64,000 nt of DNA from Escherichia phage Ec_YwIITB1. The stretch lies in the sequence record PQ356294.1. One strand, given 5' to 3'. Shown here piece by piece: positions 10,177-19,707 of this stretch; position 1 is the first letter of the stretch, and each line of letters begins with the position of its first letter. The notes beneath the pieces are model-generated. The model was not told where the DNA came from and did not search any database. It saw only the letters and a list, made by a program, of their open reading frames with translations. The translations under genes were made by a program, and so were the position numbers.

Positions 10177-10181
10177 GCCTT
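10166..10181 (-). terminator. hairpin 3' of the 39.1-like gene
   Basis: AAGGCCUUCGGGCCUU stem-loop adjacent to the stop codon. Confidence 0.45.
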
Positions 10182-10451
10182 TTATTTAAAACGGATAGTT
10201 GAATCCTTGAAGAATAGACCAGAACACACAGTTCCTTCTACTTTCTGCCCAGTAGGTCCAATAGCACGAAATCCAGTATGTTGAAAATCATTTTCAGAGC
10301 AACCGAACCAATTGTATCCAGTGATTTCAATATTAGTAAAACCGCTTGAAGATAAAACTTTGGTTGCATTATCAGCATCAGTACATCCTGCTAAAGACAC
10401 TGCTAATACTAATGCTGCGATAGAACGATTAACATATTTCATAGTTTTCAC
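10182..10451 (-). CDS. predicted lipoprotein (39.1-like)
   Basis: Signal peptide with lipobox (LAVSLAGC) at N-terminus. Confidence 0.6.
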   Translation of the reverse strand: MKTMKYVNRSIAALVLAVSLAGCTDADNATKVLSSSGFTNIEITGYNWFGCSENDFQHTGFRAIGPTGQKVEGTVCSGLFFKDSTIRFK

Positions 10452-10819
10452 TTAAATTTAATGGCTTGAAGGAGACTAATAATTCTCAAGCGACTTCTTT
10501 CATCTTTAACTGTAAAAGAAAGAGGGTCGCCAGATTTCATAGTGATGGTACATCCAAAATCAAAATCTTCAGGAACTTCTTCGAAGAAGTCAAATTCTTC
10601 ATCATAAATTAAAACATTACTCTGAAAACTGTGAAGAATTTTTCCGTCATTTCCAGATGCTGTACTAATCATTGTAACATTATGGCCTTTCATATCTTCA
10701 ACGATAAATTCGCTTGTAGATATTACGGCATTAATAGAACCATTCCTATAAATAGCAGAAAATAGATATTTCTTTTCTTCACCTTCGCGAATGCGATATT
10801 TCTTACCGATTTTAAACAT
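10448..10819 (-). CDS. hypothetical protein (39.2-like)
   Basis: ORF with ATG at 10819 (track start 10825 appears to be GTG). Confidence 0.55.
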   Translation of the reverse strand: MFKIGKKYRIREGEEKKYLFSAIYRNGSINAVISTSEFIVEDMKGHNVTMISTASGNDGKILHSFQSNVLIYDEEFDFFEEVPEDFDFGCTITMKSGDPLSFTVKDERSRLRIISLLQAIKFK

Positions 10820-10821
10820 AA

Positions 10822-10998
10822 TCACCCTTTAAGTAAGTCGTAAAATCCACCATTCACATGCTTAGGAGCGGAAACTAACCGAATAGCAACCCGATGACAA
10901 TCAGGACATACATCAGTATCCCTTTCAGAAATTTTCTTGATTTTTTCGTATTCTTTTTCGCAGTCTTTGGATTGACATTTATAATCATAAAGCGGCAT
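10822..10998 (-). CDS. small zinc-ribbon protein (58 aa)
   Basis: ORF MPLYDYKCQSKDCEKEYE...DVCPDCH with two CxxC pairs; under 60 aa so absent from the track. Confidence 0.45.
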   Translation of the reverse strand: MPLYDYKCQSKDCEKEYEKIKKISERDTDVCPDCHRVAIRLVSAPKHVNGGFYDLLKG

Positions 10999-11000
10999 AA

Positions 11001-11414
11001 TTATTCCTTAAAGTGAGCTTTCAACATCTGATACAATGACCATGCCTGTATATTATTTTCAATAGTAATGTTCATAACCGGGAATTCAGATGGATCAGTT
11101 ATTGTTGCAGATTCTTCCTGCTCTTCAGCTGCCTGGTATGGATTTTCAACTTCATTAAAGAATTCAGCTTCATTCGATGAAAGCCAAATAAAATCTTCAT
11201 CCAAAATATCTTTACCAGAAGATAGTACTAAATTTCCAGCAAATGACATAATTTTAATAGGACGCCCAAGAGCATCCACATCTAAAATTTTAAAAGGATG
11301 CATACCTAAACGGCGTGCATAGATTCCGTTATCAGTATGGTCTTTAATAAAAGCTTCTTGAGCTTGTTTATTTTTAAATTGATACCATTTATTAACTTCA
11401 AATTTAATAGCCAT
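11001..11414 (-). CDS. hypothetical protein (137 aa; goF-region)
   Basis: Minus-strand ORF, acidic C-terminal half; occupies the goF/cef region of the T4 order. Confidence 0.55.
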   Translation of the reverse strand: MAIKFEVNKWYQFKNKQAQEAFIKDHTDNGIYARRLGMHPFKILDVDALGRPIKIMSFAGNLVLSSGKDILDEDFIWLSSNEAEFFNEVENPYQAAEEQEESATITDPSEFPVMNITIENNIQAWSLYQMLKAHFKE

Positions 11415-11629
11415 TAATAAATTTCCTTCCAGTAAGTTGTGCCATCTTCAGTAATTTCGCGAAATACACCGTAAATCGGTTGTTTATCCCCAACCTTTTC
11501 ATACACATAAACCGAAGTCAAGTGAGTAAACTTAACAGTATGTTCCTTTTGAACTACTACCAAATCTGGATCGAATAACACATCTTCAAATTCGTCATTA
11601 GTGCAGTTCTGAACAATTTTACGTTTCAT
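11414..11629 (-). CDS. hypothetical protein (71 aa; cef-region)
   Basis: Stop/start overlap with the downstream gene. Confidence 0.5.
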   Translation of the reverse strand: MKRKIVQNCTNDEFEDVLFDPDLVVVQKEHTVKFTHLTSVYVYEKVGDKQPIYGVFREITEDGTTYWKEIY

Positions 11630-11642
11630 TACAATTTCCTCG

Positions 11643-11924
11643 TTAATTGAACAGTGGAGCGATGCGTTTCAGAAGAGTAGCAGCACCTTTGGCAAATTTT
11701 ACATCATGAAAAACAGTTTCTTCTTCCGTTACAACACGAACTTTAATGTTTTCACAATCCCAATTTTTGCGAACAATCTTCAAAAGCTGCAGTAAATCTT
11801 TACATTCAGCAATATCGATAACACATCCACGAGAATCTTCCATTATCGCACGATAACCATAAGCCATACCATAATCGTTGAAAGATTGTTCGATGATAAT
11901 TAAGTTTTCCATTTTATTCTCCAA
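11643..11924 (-). CDS. hypothetical protein (93 aa)
   Basis: Minus-strand ORF with SD upstream. Confidence 0.5.
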   Translation of the reverse strand: MENKMENLIIIEQSFNDYGMAYGYRAIMEDSRGCVIDIAECKDLLQLLKIVRKNWDCENIKVRVVTEEETVFHDVKFAKGAATLLKRIAPLFN

Positions 11925-12009
11925 GTTATTTTCTGTATCAGTAGTTGATATTGATATAGTACCATAATCAACTACTGATGTATATAGTTTTATGAAAAAA
12001 TTTTAAACT

Positions 12010-12507
12010 TTATGCATAGCGAGCTTTGCTATAGTGTTTAATCCAACTTTCAGGAATGACTTTGTATGTTCCTAAAAATACCGCGTTGTACAACTTAACG
12101 CCATCTTCTACCCACTGATCGGTAATGTATGCGCACATAGCACGAGTACGACGTTTTTGAACAACCACTTCTTCATCTTCAGTAAATTCGAATTCATAAG
12201 GAGCGACGAACTTAATAGCTTGACCGAGTTTCCACTTAAAGTCTACACCTACGTGCGAAGTGTCAATCGTTTCAATTCCTTTGGCAGGAACAGCTTTCAA
12301 AAACGCAGATTCAAGAAATTTCGCGCGAACATAGCCAAACTGGGGTTTAGACTTTCCATCTTTAGGAATGATACGCACTTTTACTTCAGAATCTTCATCT
12401 TTAACGCCGTGTTTAAGCTGAATGCTTACAACTTCAACCAATTTTCCTGCTGCTTTAGAACGGGATTTATCAGATACACGAGCAATTTCGCCAATATTAA
12501 TAATCAT
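12010..12507 (-). CDS. motB: MotB-family protein (165 aa)
   Basis: ORF in the motB position upstream of dexA; shares a C-terminal motif (ITDQWVEDGVKLYNAVF) with the neighbouring paralog. Confidence 0.55.
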   Translation of the reverse strand: MIINIGEIARVSDKSRSKAAGKLVEVVSIQLKHGVKDEDSEVKVRIIPKDGKSKPQFGYVRAKFLESAFLKAVPAKGIETIDTSHVGVDFKWKLGQAIKFVAPYEFEFTEDEEVVVQKRRTRAMCAYITDQWVEDGVKLYNAVFLGTYKVIPESWIKHYSKARYA

Positions 12508-12552
12508 AGTTATCTCTCACTTGTTAAAAAGATTTTATACTCCACAGGACCA

Positions 12553-12581
12553 TTATACTCTGGTCCCAAGAGTTTGTAAAC
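12553..12581 (-). promoter_or_regulatory. early promoter upstream of motB
   Basis: Minus-strand GTTTACaaactcttgggaccagagTATAAT. Confidence 0.6.
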
Positions 12582-12583
12582 TA

Positions 12584-13123
12584 TTAATTCAAAATAGCTA
12601 CCACTGCACTACGAGGTACTACACTAAAATCACCTGCATGAACAACGTTCAGGAGTTCAACACCATCTTCAATCCACTGGTCTGTTACCCAACCACAGAC
12701 CGAAATAAATGGAGTCTTGATAGCTACAGCACGAGTTAGAAGGTCAGTAGGATCGCATTCTTGGAAGAGGATAATCTCTGCTTCAAAGACTATAGTTTTA
12801 ATTACTTCATCATTATCTAAGCGTTGTGCTCGAATCACATAAGCTTTATTCTTATCATGCCAATTACTTTTTGAAAAACTTTTAACCACAAACTCGCCTT
12901 CACCAAAAACACTAGTCAATGCTTTATAACCCAAATCTAGTTCAGTAGTTTTAATTTCAGTTTCAACCAGTTTGTAGATTTTGCCGATTTCAATAGCGGT
13001 AGTCATAGTAGGTTCCTTAATTTCCAGTGGTTTAACAGGGCATACATAAGTGCTTACAACATCAAAATCAATCAGTTTAGCTACCGGATTTGGTGTGTAT
13101 TCAGGATTATAATTAAATTTCAT
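12584..13123 (-). CDS. MotB-family paralog (179 aa)
   Basis: C-terminal motif VTDQWIEDGVELLNVVH paralogous to 12010..12507. Confidence 0.55.
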   Translation of the reverse strand: MKFNYNPEYTPNPVAKLIDFDVVSTYVCPVKPLEIKEPTMTTAIEIGKIYKLVETEIKTTELDLGYKALTSVFGEGEFVVKSFSKSNWHDKNKAYVIRAQRLDNDEVIKTIVFEAEIILFQECDPTDLLTRAVAIKTPFISVCGWVTDQWIEDGVELLNVVHAGDFSVVPRSAVVAILN

Positions 13124-13125
13124 AA

Positions 13126-13626
13126 TTATCTCATTTCAATAAAATCTATAAGTTCAGCATGGGATTTACGGAACATTACTTGATGTCCGCCAATGATAAC
13201 TTGGTCATCTGGCACTTCGTATACAGCAAGATAAAATCCTTTAGAAGATAATTCTTCACGCTCTTCTCGTGTGAACCATCTCATCATATCATATTCACTA
13301 GCGAAAGCAAAATGATAAAGAGCTATAAACCATCCTGGAATATGATATTCTACTCCAACATAATCTTTCTTGAACTTAGTATTAATTACTATATTAGCGT
13401 TTTTAACTAATAGTTTATCTTCATGTGGTACAGGAATTCTTTTATTATCATCGCTATGATGCATAAAATTAGGTCTACTATAACCTACACGTAATAGCCA
13501 CTCTTCGCTCCATGAATCTATTATACTCCTGTACGGCGTTATTTGAACGCAAAGATTTCGACGTATTGTTATAGCATCTTCATGATCAAGAATACTAAAC
13601 GATGATTCAACACGATAAATTTTCAT
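13126..13626 (-). CDS. hypothetical protein (166 aa; track start over-extended)
   Basis: ATG at 13626 (MKIYRVESSF...) after GAGGA SD; track start at 13665 lies in the promoter. Confidence 0.5.
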   Translation of the reverse strand: MKIYRVESSFSILDHEDAITIRRNLCVQITPYRSIIDSWSEEWLLRVGYSRPNFMHHSDDNKRIPVPHEDKLLVKNANIVINTKFKKDYVGVEYHIPGWFIALYHFAFASEYDMMRWFTREEREELSSKGFYLAVYEVPDDQVIIGGHQVMFRKSHAELIDFIEMR

Positions 13627-13652
13627 TTTATTATCCTCAGTAGCTATGGTGT

Positions 13653-13683
13653 TATAATACCACAACTAACCGAGGAAGTAAAC
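13653..13683 (-). promoter_or_regulatory. early promoter
   Basis: Minus-strand GTTTAC...TATTAT followed by GAGGA SD. Confidence 0.55.
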
Positions 13684-13689
13684 AACTTT

Positions 13690-14373
13690 TTATCGTTTTG
13701 TTGGAAGAGATAGAGGATCGTACTCTTCCTCTGACGGAGCATCTTCAAGACCCATAGCATATCGCAAAGCATACTTCATCATTAGGATGTCTTTCGCACA
13801 GTCATGAATAGAATCATGTGCAACGAATCCGTCTAAAGTTCCCTTTGGAAGAGGACATGTGGTCATATCACGAACAAGCAGAAGTGCTTCAATTCTGGTA
13901 CGAATATCACGCTGATTCCAGAATTTACATGGTTCTAACTTAAATGTATCAAGCTCATTCTCAGAAACGCCGTTAAAACGCTGAATATCACGAATAAGAT
14001 CAACTAAAATTGGAAAATCAAACGACATTCCACGGCACCAGCCCTGAGATTTCCAAGGATCGATATTATGCGCATTGATGTAATCATTAAATTTTGCAAT
14101 ACCATCGATAGTGCTTACATCTTCATCTGATGGCGCAATATTTTTTCGAGCTTCAGGAGACTGATTTTTCCACCATTCGATAGTGCTTTTAGTAAAAAGA
14201 CGATGTCCTTTTTGGCTTTTTAAATCAAACTTGATTTTAATGCCGCGTGAAACTAATTCATCAAATGTTTCAACTACTTCTGGGTTAGGGTCAAAGGCAA
14301 TAACAGCCAAATCAATAACAGCTGCCTTTTCACCGCTTCCCATTGTTTCAAAATCTATAATAAAATCAAACAT
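13690..14373 (-). CDS. dexA: exonuclease A (DexA)
   Basis: 227-aa ORF, N-terminus MFDFIIDFETMGSGEKAAVIDLAVIAFD (DEDD exonuclease acidic motif); matches T4 DexA as recalled. Confidence 0.9.
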   Translation of the reverse strand: MFDFIIDFETMGSGEKAAVIDLAVIAFDPNPEVVETFDELVSRGIKIKFDLKSQKGHRLFTKSTIEWWKNQSPEARKNIAPSDEDVSTIDGIAKFNDYINAHNIDPWKSQGWCRGMSFDFPILVDLIRDIQRFNGVSENELDTFKLEPCKFWNQRDIRTRIEALLLVRDMTTCPLPKGTLDGFVAHDSIHDCAKDILMMKYALRYAMGLEDAPSEEEYDPLSLPTKR

Positions 14374-14648
14374 TAAATTTTCCTTGCTAAATCGCGAATT
14401 TGACCTATAGTATAATCTTGGATATAAACTTTATTAATGGGCTCATCAATAAATTTTGCCATAGATTCAATATCTTTTTGTATTTCTTCAAGACTGTATA
14501 CTATCTTTAAAGCTTTTTCACGAATAGTAACATTATCAGGTCCTGGATTTTCTTGAATGACAGCTTTAACATTTGCCATAAGAGATTTAAACTGATGCAA
14601 ACTTAATTCAATCATTAATAACCGCCTTATAAAGATGGCTAATTTCAC
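14373..14648 (-). CDS. hypothetical protein (dexA.1-like, 91 aa)
   Basis: Shares LEEIxxD...DYxxGxI motif with the adjacent ORF. Confidence 0.5.
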   Translation of the reverse strand: MKLAIFIRRLLMIELSLHQFKSLMANVKAVIQENPGPDNVTIREKALKIVYSLEEIQKDIESMAKFIDEPINKVYIQDYTIGQIRDLARKI

Positions 14649-14868
14649 CTAAAACATAATCACTGATTGTAACAGTTTTCACTTCACCGCAAAAGAATTC
14701 TAATGCAATCAAATCTCGTTCAATTTCTTCCAATTGAAACATTAACTTGCCTGATTCAATTTTTACATTTGTACGATTTTTACTATAAGCTATTTCATAA
14801 ATTTCGCTCACTTTATCTTGAAGCAGATAAAACTGGTCTTTAGTTATTTCCACGAATAGCTTCCTCAA
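14608..14868 (-). CDS. hypothetical protein (dexA.2-like, 86 aa)
   Basis: Paralog of 14373..14648. Confidence 0.5.
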   Translation of the reverse strand: MRKLFVEITKDQFYLLQDKVSEIYEIAYSKNRTNVKIESGKLMFQLEEIERDLIALEFFCGEVKTVTISDYVLGEISHLYKAVIND

Positions 14869-15100
14869 ATTTAATTAGTAATTTACAGACACTTTCATCT
14901 AGCGTAATTACCGTATCTATATTACTGTGATATGATTGTTTTTCAATTCGTTTAATTGCTAGTATAGTATCACTTATAAGATTAAGCTTATAAAGGAGCT
15001 CAGCTCCTGTTACCATAACACTGAGGTTATCTTGCTTATCAGTGTGCTTCTTTATACCATCTATTAGACGATTTAAATATTTTGAATTGATGTTAATCAT
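14840..15100 (-). CDS. hypothetical protein (86 aa)
   Basis: Minus-strand ORF between the dexA cluster and dda. Confidence 0.5.
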   Translation of the reverse strand: MININSKYLNRLIDGIKKHTDKQDNLSVMVTGAELLYKLNLISDTILAIKRIEKQSYHSNIDTVITLDESVCKLLIKFEEAIRGNN

Positions 15101-15106
15101 ATATCC

Positions 15107-16426
15107 TCACACATAAAACACATCATAACGACCACGAGTAACACCAACATAAAGAAGCTGCTGAGCTAGTTCAGCGTCTGCATAATGAATACAAGGCGTA
15201 TAAATGAAAGCACGGTCTACAGACATACCCTGCGCTTTGTGGAACGTTGATGCAGGAAGTGCTTTCACTTTACTAAACTGTGATTTAGCATCCCAAAAAT
15301 CACTCCACGGAGCTTTTCCACCTTTATTCCAATTTTTATACGTTTCTGCCGTTTTACCTAAAAATAGGTTAAACTTATACAGCTCTTCATCAGATGAAAT
15401 TATTTTAATCTTTTCACGATAATATTCATCATCGCCGTAAGTTTCTACTGTTAAATCCCAATGACGAATTAGATATTCTCCAGGAACACCACGAGCTTTA
15501 ACAAATGTTGATGTATACTCTGCTTCTATAATACGAACTAATTGTCCGTTATTAAAAATAATTTCTGACACAGGCTTTCCATCAATTTTATATGTTTTAA
15601 TTAATGGTTCCTGCATTACAATAATTTCACCGACGATAAAATCTTTATCAGTTTCAAAAATCTTTTTGCGAATAATACTATTTAACTTGTCGACGGATTT
15701 ATTCGTAAATGCCATGACGCGATTTTCAAACAAATCGTCTAGTGATTTTACGATTGAAAAATAATTTACCATAAAATCGCGTAAAGCGGTATCACCAGTA
15801 AATCCACGTACTCCATGGCCGTCAACAACTTTATCATAAATCCACTTACCGTTGCGAACATCAGTAGCTACATCAATAATAGGAGCATTACTGCGTTTAA
15901 CTTCAGTGAGTTCACACTGATAAAAGTCTTTGTGTGTAAAGAACGGACTAATATAAGCAGTGTTTTCTCCTGGGTCAACAGGTCTAATTTGCTTATTATC
16001 GCCTATTCCAATTATAGTACACCACGGCGGGATAGTTGAAAGCAGAATTTTGAATAGCTTTCTATCATACATTGACGCTTCGTCGCAGATTAATACCCTA
16101 CATTTAGCCAAATCCGGTACTTCTTTTTGCTCAAAAAGAACGTTTTCTTCGTATGTTACTGGGTTGATTTTAAGAATACTGTGAATAGTACTTGCTTCTT
16201 TCCCTGACAGTTTTGAAAGAATCTTTTTAGCTGCATGTGTAGGAGCTGCTAAAATAATGCCAGTTTCGCCTGTAGATATTAAGGCTTCAATGATGAACTT
16301 GGTAAGAGTAGTCTTACCAGTACCGGCAGGTCCATTAATAGTCACATGATGTTTCTTTTCTTTAATAGCCATCATAACGATGTTAAAGGCATTTTTCTGG
16401 CCTTCGGTCAAATCATCAAATGTCAT
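15107..16426 (-). CDS. dda: Dda DNA helicase (SF1B)
   Basis: 439-aa ORF with Walker A GPAGTGKT and helicase motifs; near-identical to T4 Dda as recalled. Confidence 0.95.
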   Translation of the reverse strand: MTFDDLTEGQKNAFNIVMMAIKEKKHHVTINGPAGTGKTTLTKFIIEALISTGETGIILAAPTHAAKKILSKLSGKEASTIHSILKINPVTYEENVLFEQKEVPDLAKCRVLICDEASMYDRKLFKILLSTIPPWCTIIGIGDNKQIRPVDPGENTAYISPFFTHKDFYQCELTEVKRSNAPIIDVATDVRNGKWIYDKVVDGHGVRGFTGDTALRDFMVNYFSIVKSLDDLFENRVMAFTNKSVDKLNSIIRKKIFETDKDFIVGEIIVMQEPLIKTYKIDGKPVSEIIFNNGQLVRIIEAEYTSTFVKARGVPGEYLIRHWDLTVETYGDDEYYREKIKIISSDEELYKFNLFLGKTAETYKNWNKGGKAPWSDFWDAKSQFSKVKALPASTFHKAQGMSVDRAFIYTPCIHYADAELAQQLLYVGVTRGRYDVFYV

Positions 16427-16734
16427 CGTAAATTCCCTGCAATTGGTATACTAACAATACGCCCAGTATCTAAAATTCGCCGATATAATCTTTGTGTGTC
16501 TACATCAGGCTTAACACGTTTAACTTCTATTTTATTAAACCAAAACTTGCGTGGAGTCTCAACTAATCTCGGAATTCCCATACCTAAAGCTAGCCGATAC
16601 TGCTCTTTAAGAGTAGTAAATACTTTATCAGCAATCTCCCTTTCAAAAAATACAGCAGGGCGATGTTCATCAAGAGGAACAGGCGCCGTAAATCCATCTT
16701 TATCTCTATAAACTATCGCATATACATAAAACAT
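16423..16734 (-). CDS. dda.1-like hypothetical protein
   Basis: 103-aa ORF with ATGA stop/start overlap onto dda. Confidence 0.6.
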   Translation of the reverse strand: MFYVYAIVYRDKDGFTAPVPLDEHRPAVFFEREIADKVFTTLKEQYRLALGMGIPRLVETPRKFWFNKIEVKRVKPDVDTQRLYRRILDTGRIVSIPIAGNLR

Positions 16735-16735
16735 A

Positions 16736-17482
16736 TTATCCTCGGATAAGTTTAAAAATTGAACAATTTAGCGGGTATCCTCTTTTCAGTTTAAGTTTAT
16801 CAATAAAAGACAAGTTTTGATACCGCTCTACACCTTGAATAATTTTATCACACATATCATATTGCATTTCTGCTTCTGACAACTTTTTCACAGTTTTCCA
16901 ATCCGAGCCTTTAAGAAGAACGTTCAATTTAACAACTTCAGCTCCTTCTGCTATACGAGAACCATCAATACGAGCTTTGAGTGCTACAATCGTTAGCTTA
17001 ATATCAGAGGTCTGTTTTGATTTAGAAAGCTGAGAAATGTGCTCAATTCGGTTTTCACGTTTTTTCTGTATAGCTTTAATTTGATTATAAGTCTTTTTGA
17101 TTTTAGCCCATTTCTTTTCATCTAAATTTAGTTTATGAACTTTTTTCGCAGATGAACGACCAATTCGCAAAGCAAATAAATCACGCTTTTCAATCAACTC
17201 TTCTAAAGTATAATCAGAACGAAATGTATTGTACTTTTTCTTTACTGCAATAACATTCCCTTTAATGTATCCAACGTTATTATCAAAACGTTCTAATGAT
17301 AATTTCTCTCCTTCAATACGATTATCAAAAGGTTCTCCCGAGTAAGCGCAAACTTTCTGATCTAAAATGTTCTTAATGTAATTGAAGTCTAAGTTAAAAT
17401 CTTTAGAACGTCTTTTAGCAGATGCCTGAGTGTGCTCTAGACGACGTGTAATTTTACGAATTTGATTTTTAGACAGTTTCAT
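16736..17482 (-). CDS. srd: Srd-like protein
   Basis: 248-aa basic ORF between dda and modA, as in T4. Confidence 0.7.
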   Translation of the reverse strand: MKLSKNQIRKITRRLEHTQASAKRRSKDFNLDFNYIKNILDQKVCAYSGEPFDNRIEGEKLSLERFDNNVGYIKGNVIAVKKKYNTFRSDYTLEELIEKRDLFALRIGRSSAKKVHKLNLDEKKWAKIKKTYNQIKAIQKKRENRIEHISQLSKSKQTSDIKLTIVALKARIDGSRIAEGAEVVKLNVLLKGSDWKTVKKLSEAEMQYDMCDKIIQGVERYQNLSFIDKLKLKRGYPLNCSIFKLIRG

Positions 17483-17511
17483 ATTTTTCTCACGGACGGG
17501 TTAACTACTTA

Positions 17512-17542
17512 TACTATAACATTTTTACTTCAGTTTGTAAAC
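17512..17542 (-). promoter_or_regulatory. early promoter upstream of srd
   Basis: Minus-strand GTTTAC with A/T-rich upstream element (aaagttgtttac). Confidence 0.5.
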
Positions 17543-17598
17543 AACTTTATGAAAAATGCTTTAAAACTTTCGTGGTATAATGAATCTAAGTCCTTCCA

Positions 17599-18201
17599 TT
17601 ATAGATTAAATCCTTCAAAATCAAGAGTATAGATAGTGTATGTTGAATACTTTTTATACTCGTATCTATCCGCAATTCTAAATACACTTCCAGCTGGTAT
17701 CATTACTTCTTGTTCATCTGAAACTAATTCCATATTACGATAACGATGGCTATCCGGAAATTTAAAACTCGGGCTATATTCTTTACAACGTAAAGCTTTT
17801 ATAGCATACTCCTGGAAATTAAACACCATAGGAGCTTTGAATTCAAAAATAACTTGTGTATTGTATTCTAATCCAGAAGCAAAATGTAGAGCTATATTTT
17901 TATCATATGAAGCTGATACTACTTTATCAAATGTAATAATATCAATTCCTTGATTTAACACCTGCTTAGTCTCAACTGGAACACCTCTCCAAAGAGGTTT
18001 ATCGTTTGGTTCCAAACGAGATTTGATTATTTCATTTAACCAAGAATGATCGTCTGGCTTATTAGTAATACAATGAATTAAAAGTTCAATTTCAGATAAA
18101 TTAAATCCTTCGGAAAGTAATTCTTCACGAATAGAAGCACGCACGGATGCATCCATTGATTTTATTTTAAAATCTTTTAATTGCATTGCTGAATATTTCA
18201 T
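17599..18201 (-). CDS. modA: ADP-ribosyltransferase ModA
   Basis: 200-aa ORF, adjacent paralog of the next gene; T4 order srd-modA-modB. Confidence 0.8.
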   Translation of the reverse strand: MKYSAMQLKDFKIKSMDASVRASIREELLSEGFNLSEIELLIHCITNKPDDHSWLNEIIKSRLEPNDKPLWRGVPVETKQVLNQGIDIITFDKVVSASYDKNIALHFASGLEYNTQVIFEFKAPMVFNFQEYAIKALRCKEYSPSFKFPDSHRYRNMELVSDEQEVMIPAGSVFRIADRYEYKKYSTYTIYTLDFEGFNL

Positions 18202-18821
18202 TCAACTACCTCAATATCATACACTTTAAATGTTCCAAATGAATCGTGTAATTTTTCTTTTGAAATAGAAGTTATTTTATACTTTCCAATTGGAATCATC
18301 CATTCTTGTTCACGTACAATCATCATTAAGTTATCAGTACGTTCTGAATCTAATCCATCAGTATCTTCATATGTATACTTAAACTCAGTATTAGGAGAAG
18401 AAAGTATAATATCACTGATATGGTCAGAATAATTAAAAGCTTTATCAGTTTTTAAGCGAAATATTATTTCAGTGGAATATTCAACATAAGAAAAACCACA
18501 TGCTGTGTGCAAACTAGTAGTAAATGAATCTACTCTGTTCGTTGAAAACACTTCTCCGATTTGTAAATCTTTAATGAGTTCTTTTGTCGATTTTGATATA
18601 CCACGATATAGCTGATAAGGCGATTTAGTTAAATGCTTTTTAACGATTTTATTCAACTGCTGATGAAGAGCTTCATTCTTTTTGGCTTCCATACATTGCC
18701 AAAGAATTGACTGTTCAAAGTCAGTAAATTTTTCACAGACCTTTTTATACATATCATATTGAAAATCGACACTTTCAGCTTTTATAGATAACTGTTCAAC
18801 ATCTGCAAGATTAATAATCAT
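18198..18821 (-). CDS. modB: ADP-ribosyltransferase ModB
   Basis: 207-aa paralog of ModA with ATGA overlap. Confidence 0.8.
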   Translation of the reverse strand: MIINLADVEQLSIKAESVDFQYDMYKKVCEKFTDFEQSILWQCMEAKKNEALHQQLNKIVKKHLTKSPYQLYRGISKSTKELIKDLQIGEVFSTNRVDSFTTSLHTACGFSYVEYSTEIIFRLKTDKAFNYSDHISDIILSSPNTEFKYTYEDTDGLDSERTDNLMMIVREQEWMIPIGKYKITSISKEKLHDSFGTFKVYDIEVVE

Positions 18822-18834
18822 GATAGCCTCCGTA

Positions 18835-18867
18835 TACTTCAGAAGCTATCATATCATTGTTAGGAAG
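18835..18867 (-). promoter_or_regulatory. early promoter upstream of modB
   Basis: Minus-strand aaaagttGTTTAC element. Confidence 0.45.
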
Positions 18868-18888
18868 GAAAGTAAACAACTTTTTGAA

Positions 18889-19071
18889 TTATTTTGCCCA
18901 GGGAGCCCAAGGCGGAGGGTCAAGATGGTATGAAGCTAGTTCTTCTAGAAGAGCATCTGGGGCTTCAATTCCATAATTCTGTAATACTATACGGTACTCT
19001 TTCTTATAATCACTAGAATCATTCTGGATATTCGTAGAATGATTATCTTCTAACATCTCAAATAAATCCAT
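18889..19071 (-). CDS. hypothetical protein (60 aa)
   Basis: Minus-strand small ORF. Confidence 0.45.
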   Translation of the reverse strand: MDLFEMLEDNHSTNIQNDSSDYKKEYRIVLQNYGIEAPDALLEELASYHLDPPPWAPWAK

Positions 19072-19097
19072 ATTAATTCCTAGCGATAAAAACCAAA

Positions 19098-19550
19098 TTA
19101 ACGATTAGCTTCAATAATCTTTCTTTCTTCTTCAGATATTCTCCAGCGTAGTCCAACATCAAAATGAGCCCAGACCATCTTAACAAATGCATTTATATCT
19201 TTAATATCTTCAATAATGAATGTTTTACTTTTAGAAGGTTGACTAACTAATTTAACTTTATCGTCTTCAAACAGGTCAAAAAGACCATATTCATGAGCTC
19301 TTTTATAGCCTTTAATAGTTAAAGCTTCAGAAGAAGAAAACGGTGAATCAGTATTCTGCAAAATATCTTCAGTATGCTTTATAATTAGAATAACATTTTC
19401 TGGATATTTTCTTTCTTTTATATCTTTAATTAAAATATCCGGATTTTCTGCTAAAGGAATAATTAATGAGCACTTTTTATCAAGTGTATTTACTGATTTA
19501 CCTTCTTTAGACATAAATTCTATTGAATAATGTTTTGCTACTTCAATCAT
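19098..19550 (-). CDS. hypothetical protein (150 aa)
   Basis: Minus-strand ORF; the upstream small ORF ends with an overlapping stop. Confidence 0.55.
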   Translation of the reverse strand: MIEVAKHYSIEFMSKEGKSVNTLDKKCSLIIPLAENPDILIKDIKERKYPENVILIIKHTEDILQNTDSPFSSSEALTIKGYKRAHEYGLFDLFEDDKVKLVSQPSKSKTFIIEDIKDINAFVKMVWAHFDVGLRWRISEEERKIIEANR

Positions 19551-19707
19551 GTGATTTCCTCTTGCCTACTAATGGGCCGTCAGGAATTTTGTTTTCCTGG
19601 ATATATTTCTCATTTTCTTCCATCATTTTACTGCCAATTTTAAGAAGCAAATCCATTGCTTCATTTGCTTTAGCTTTAGCCTCTTCTAGCGTCATATCTC
19701 TGTTCAT
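19551..19707 (-). CDS. hypothetical small protein (52 aa)
   Basis: ATG with GGGGAT SD; stop overlaps the start of 19098..19550; under 60 aa so not in the track. Confidence 0.4.

Noticed and set aside
12157-12739. Plus-strand ORFs 12157..12579 and 12422..12739 over the motB region
   Set aside because: Antisense to SD-preceded minus-strand genes and spanning the promoter; the translations are low complexity.
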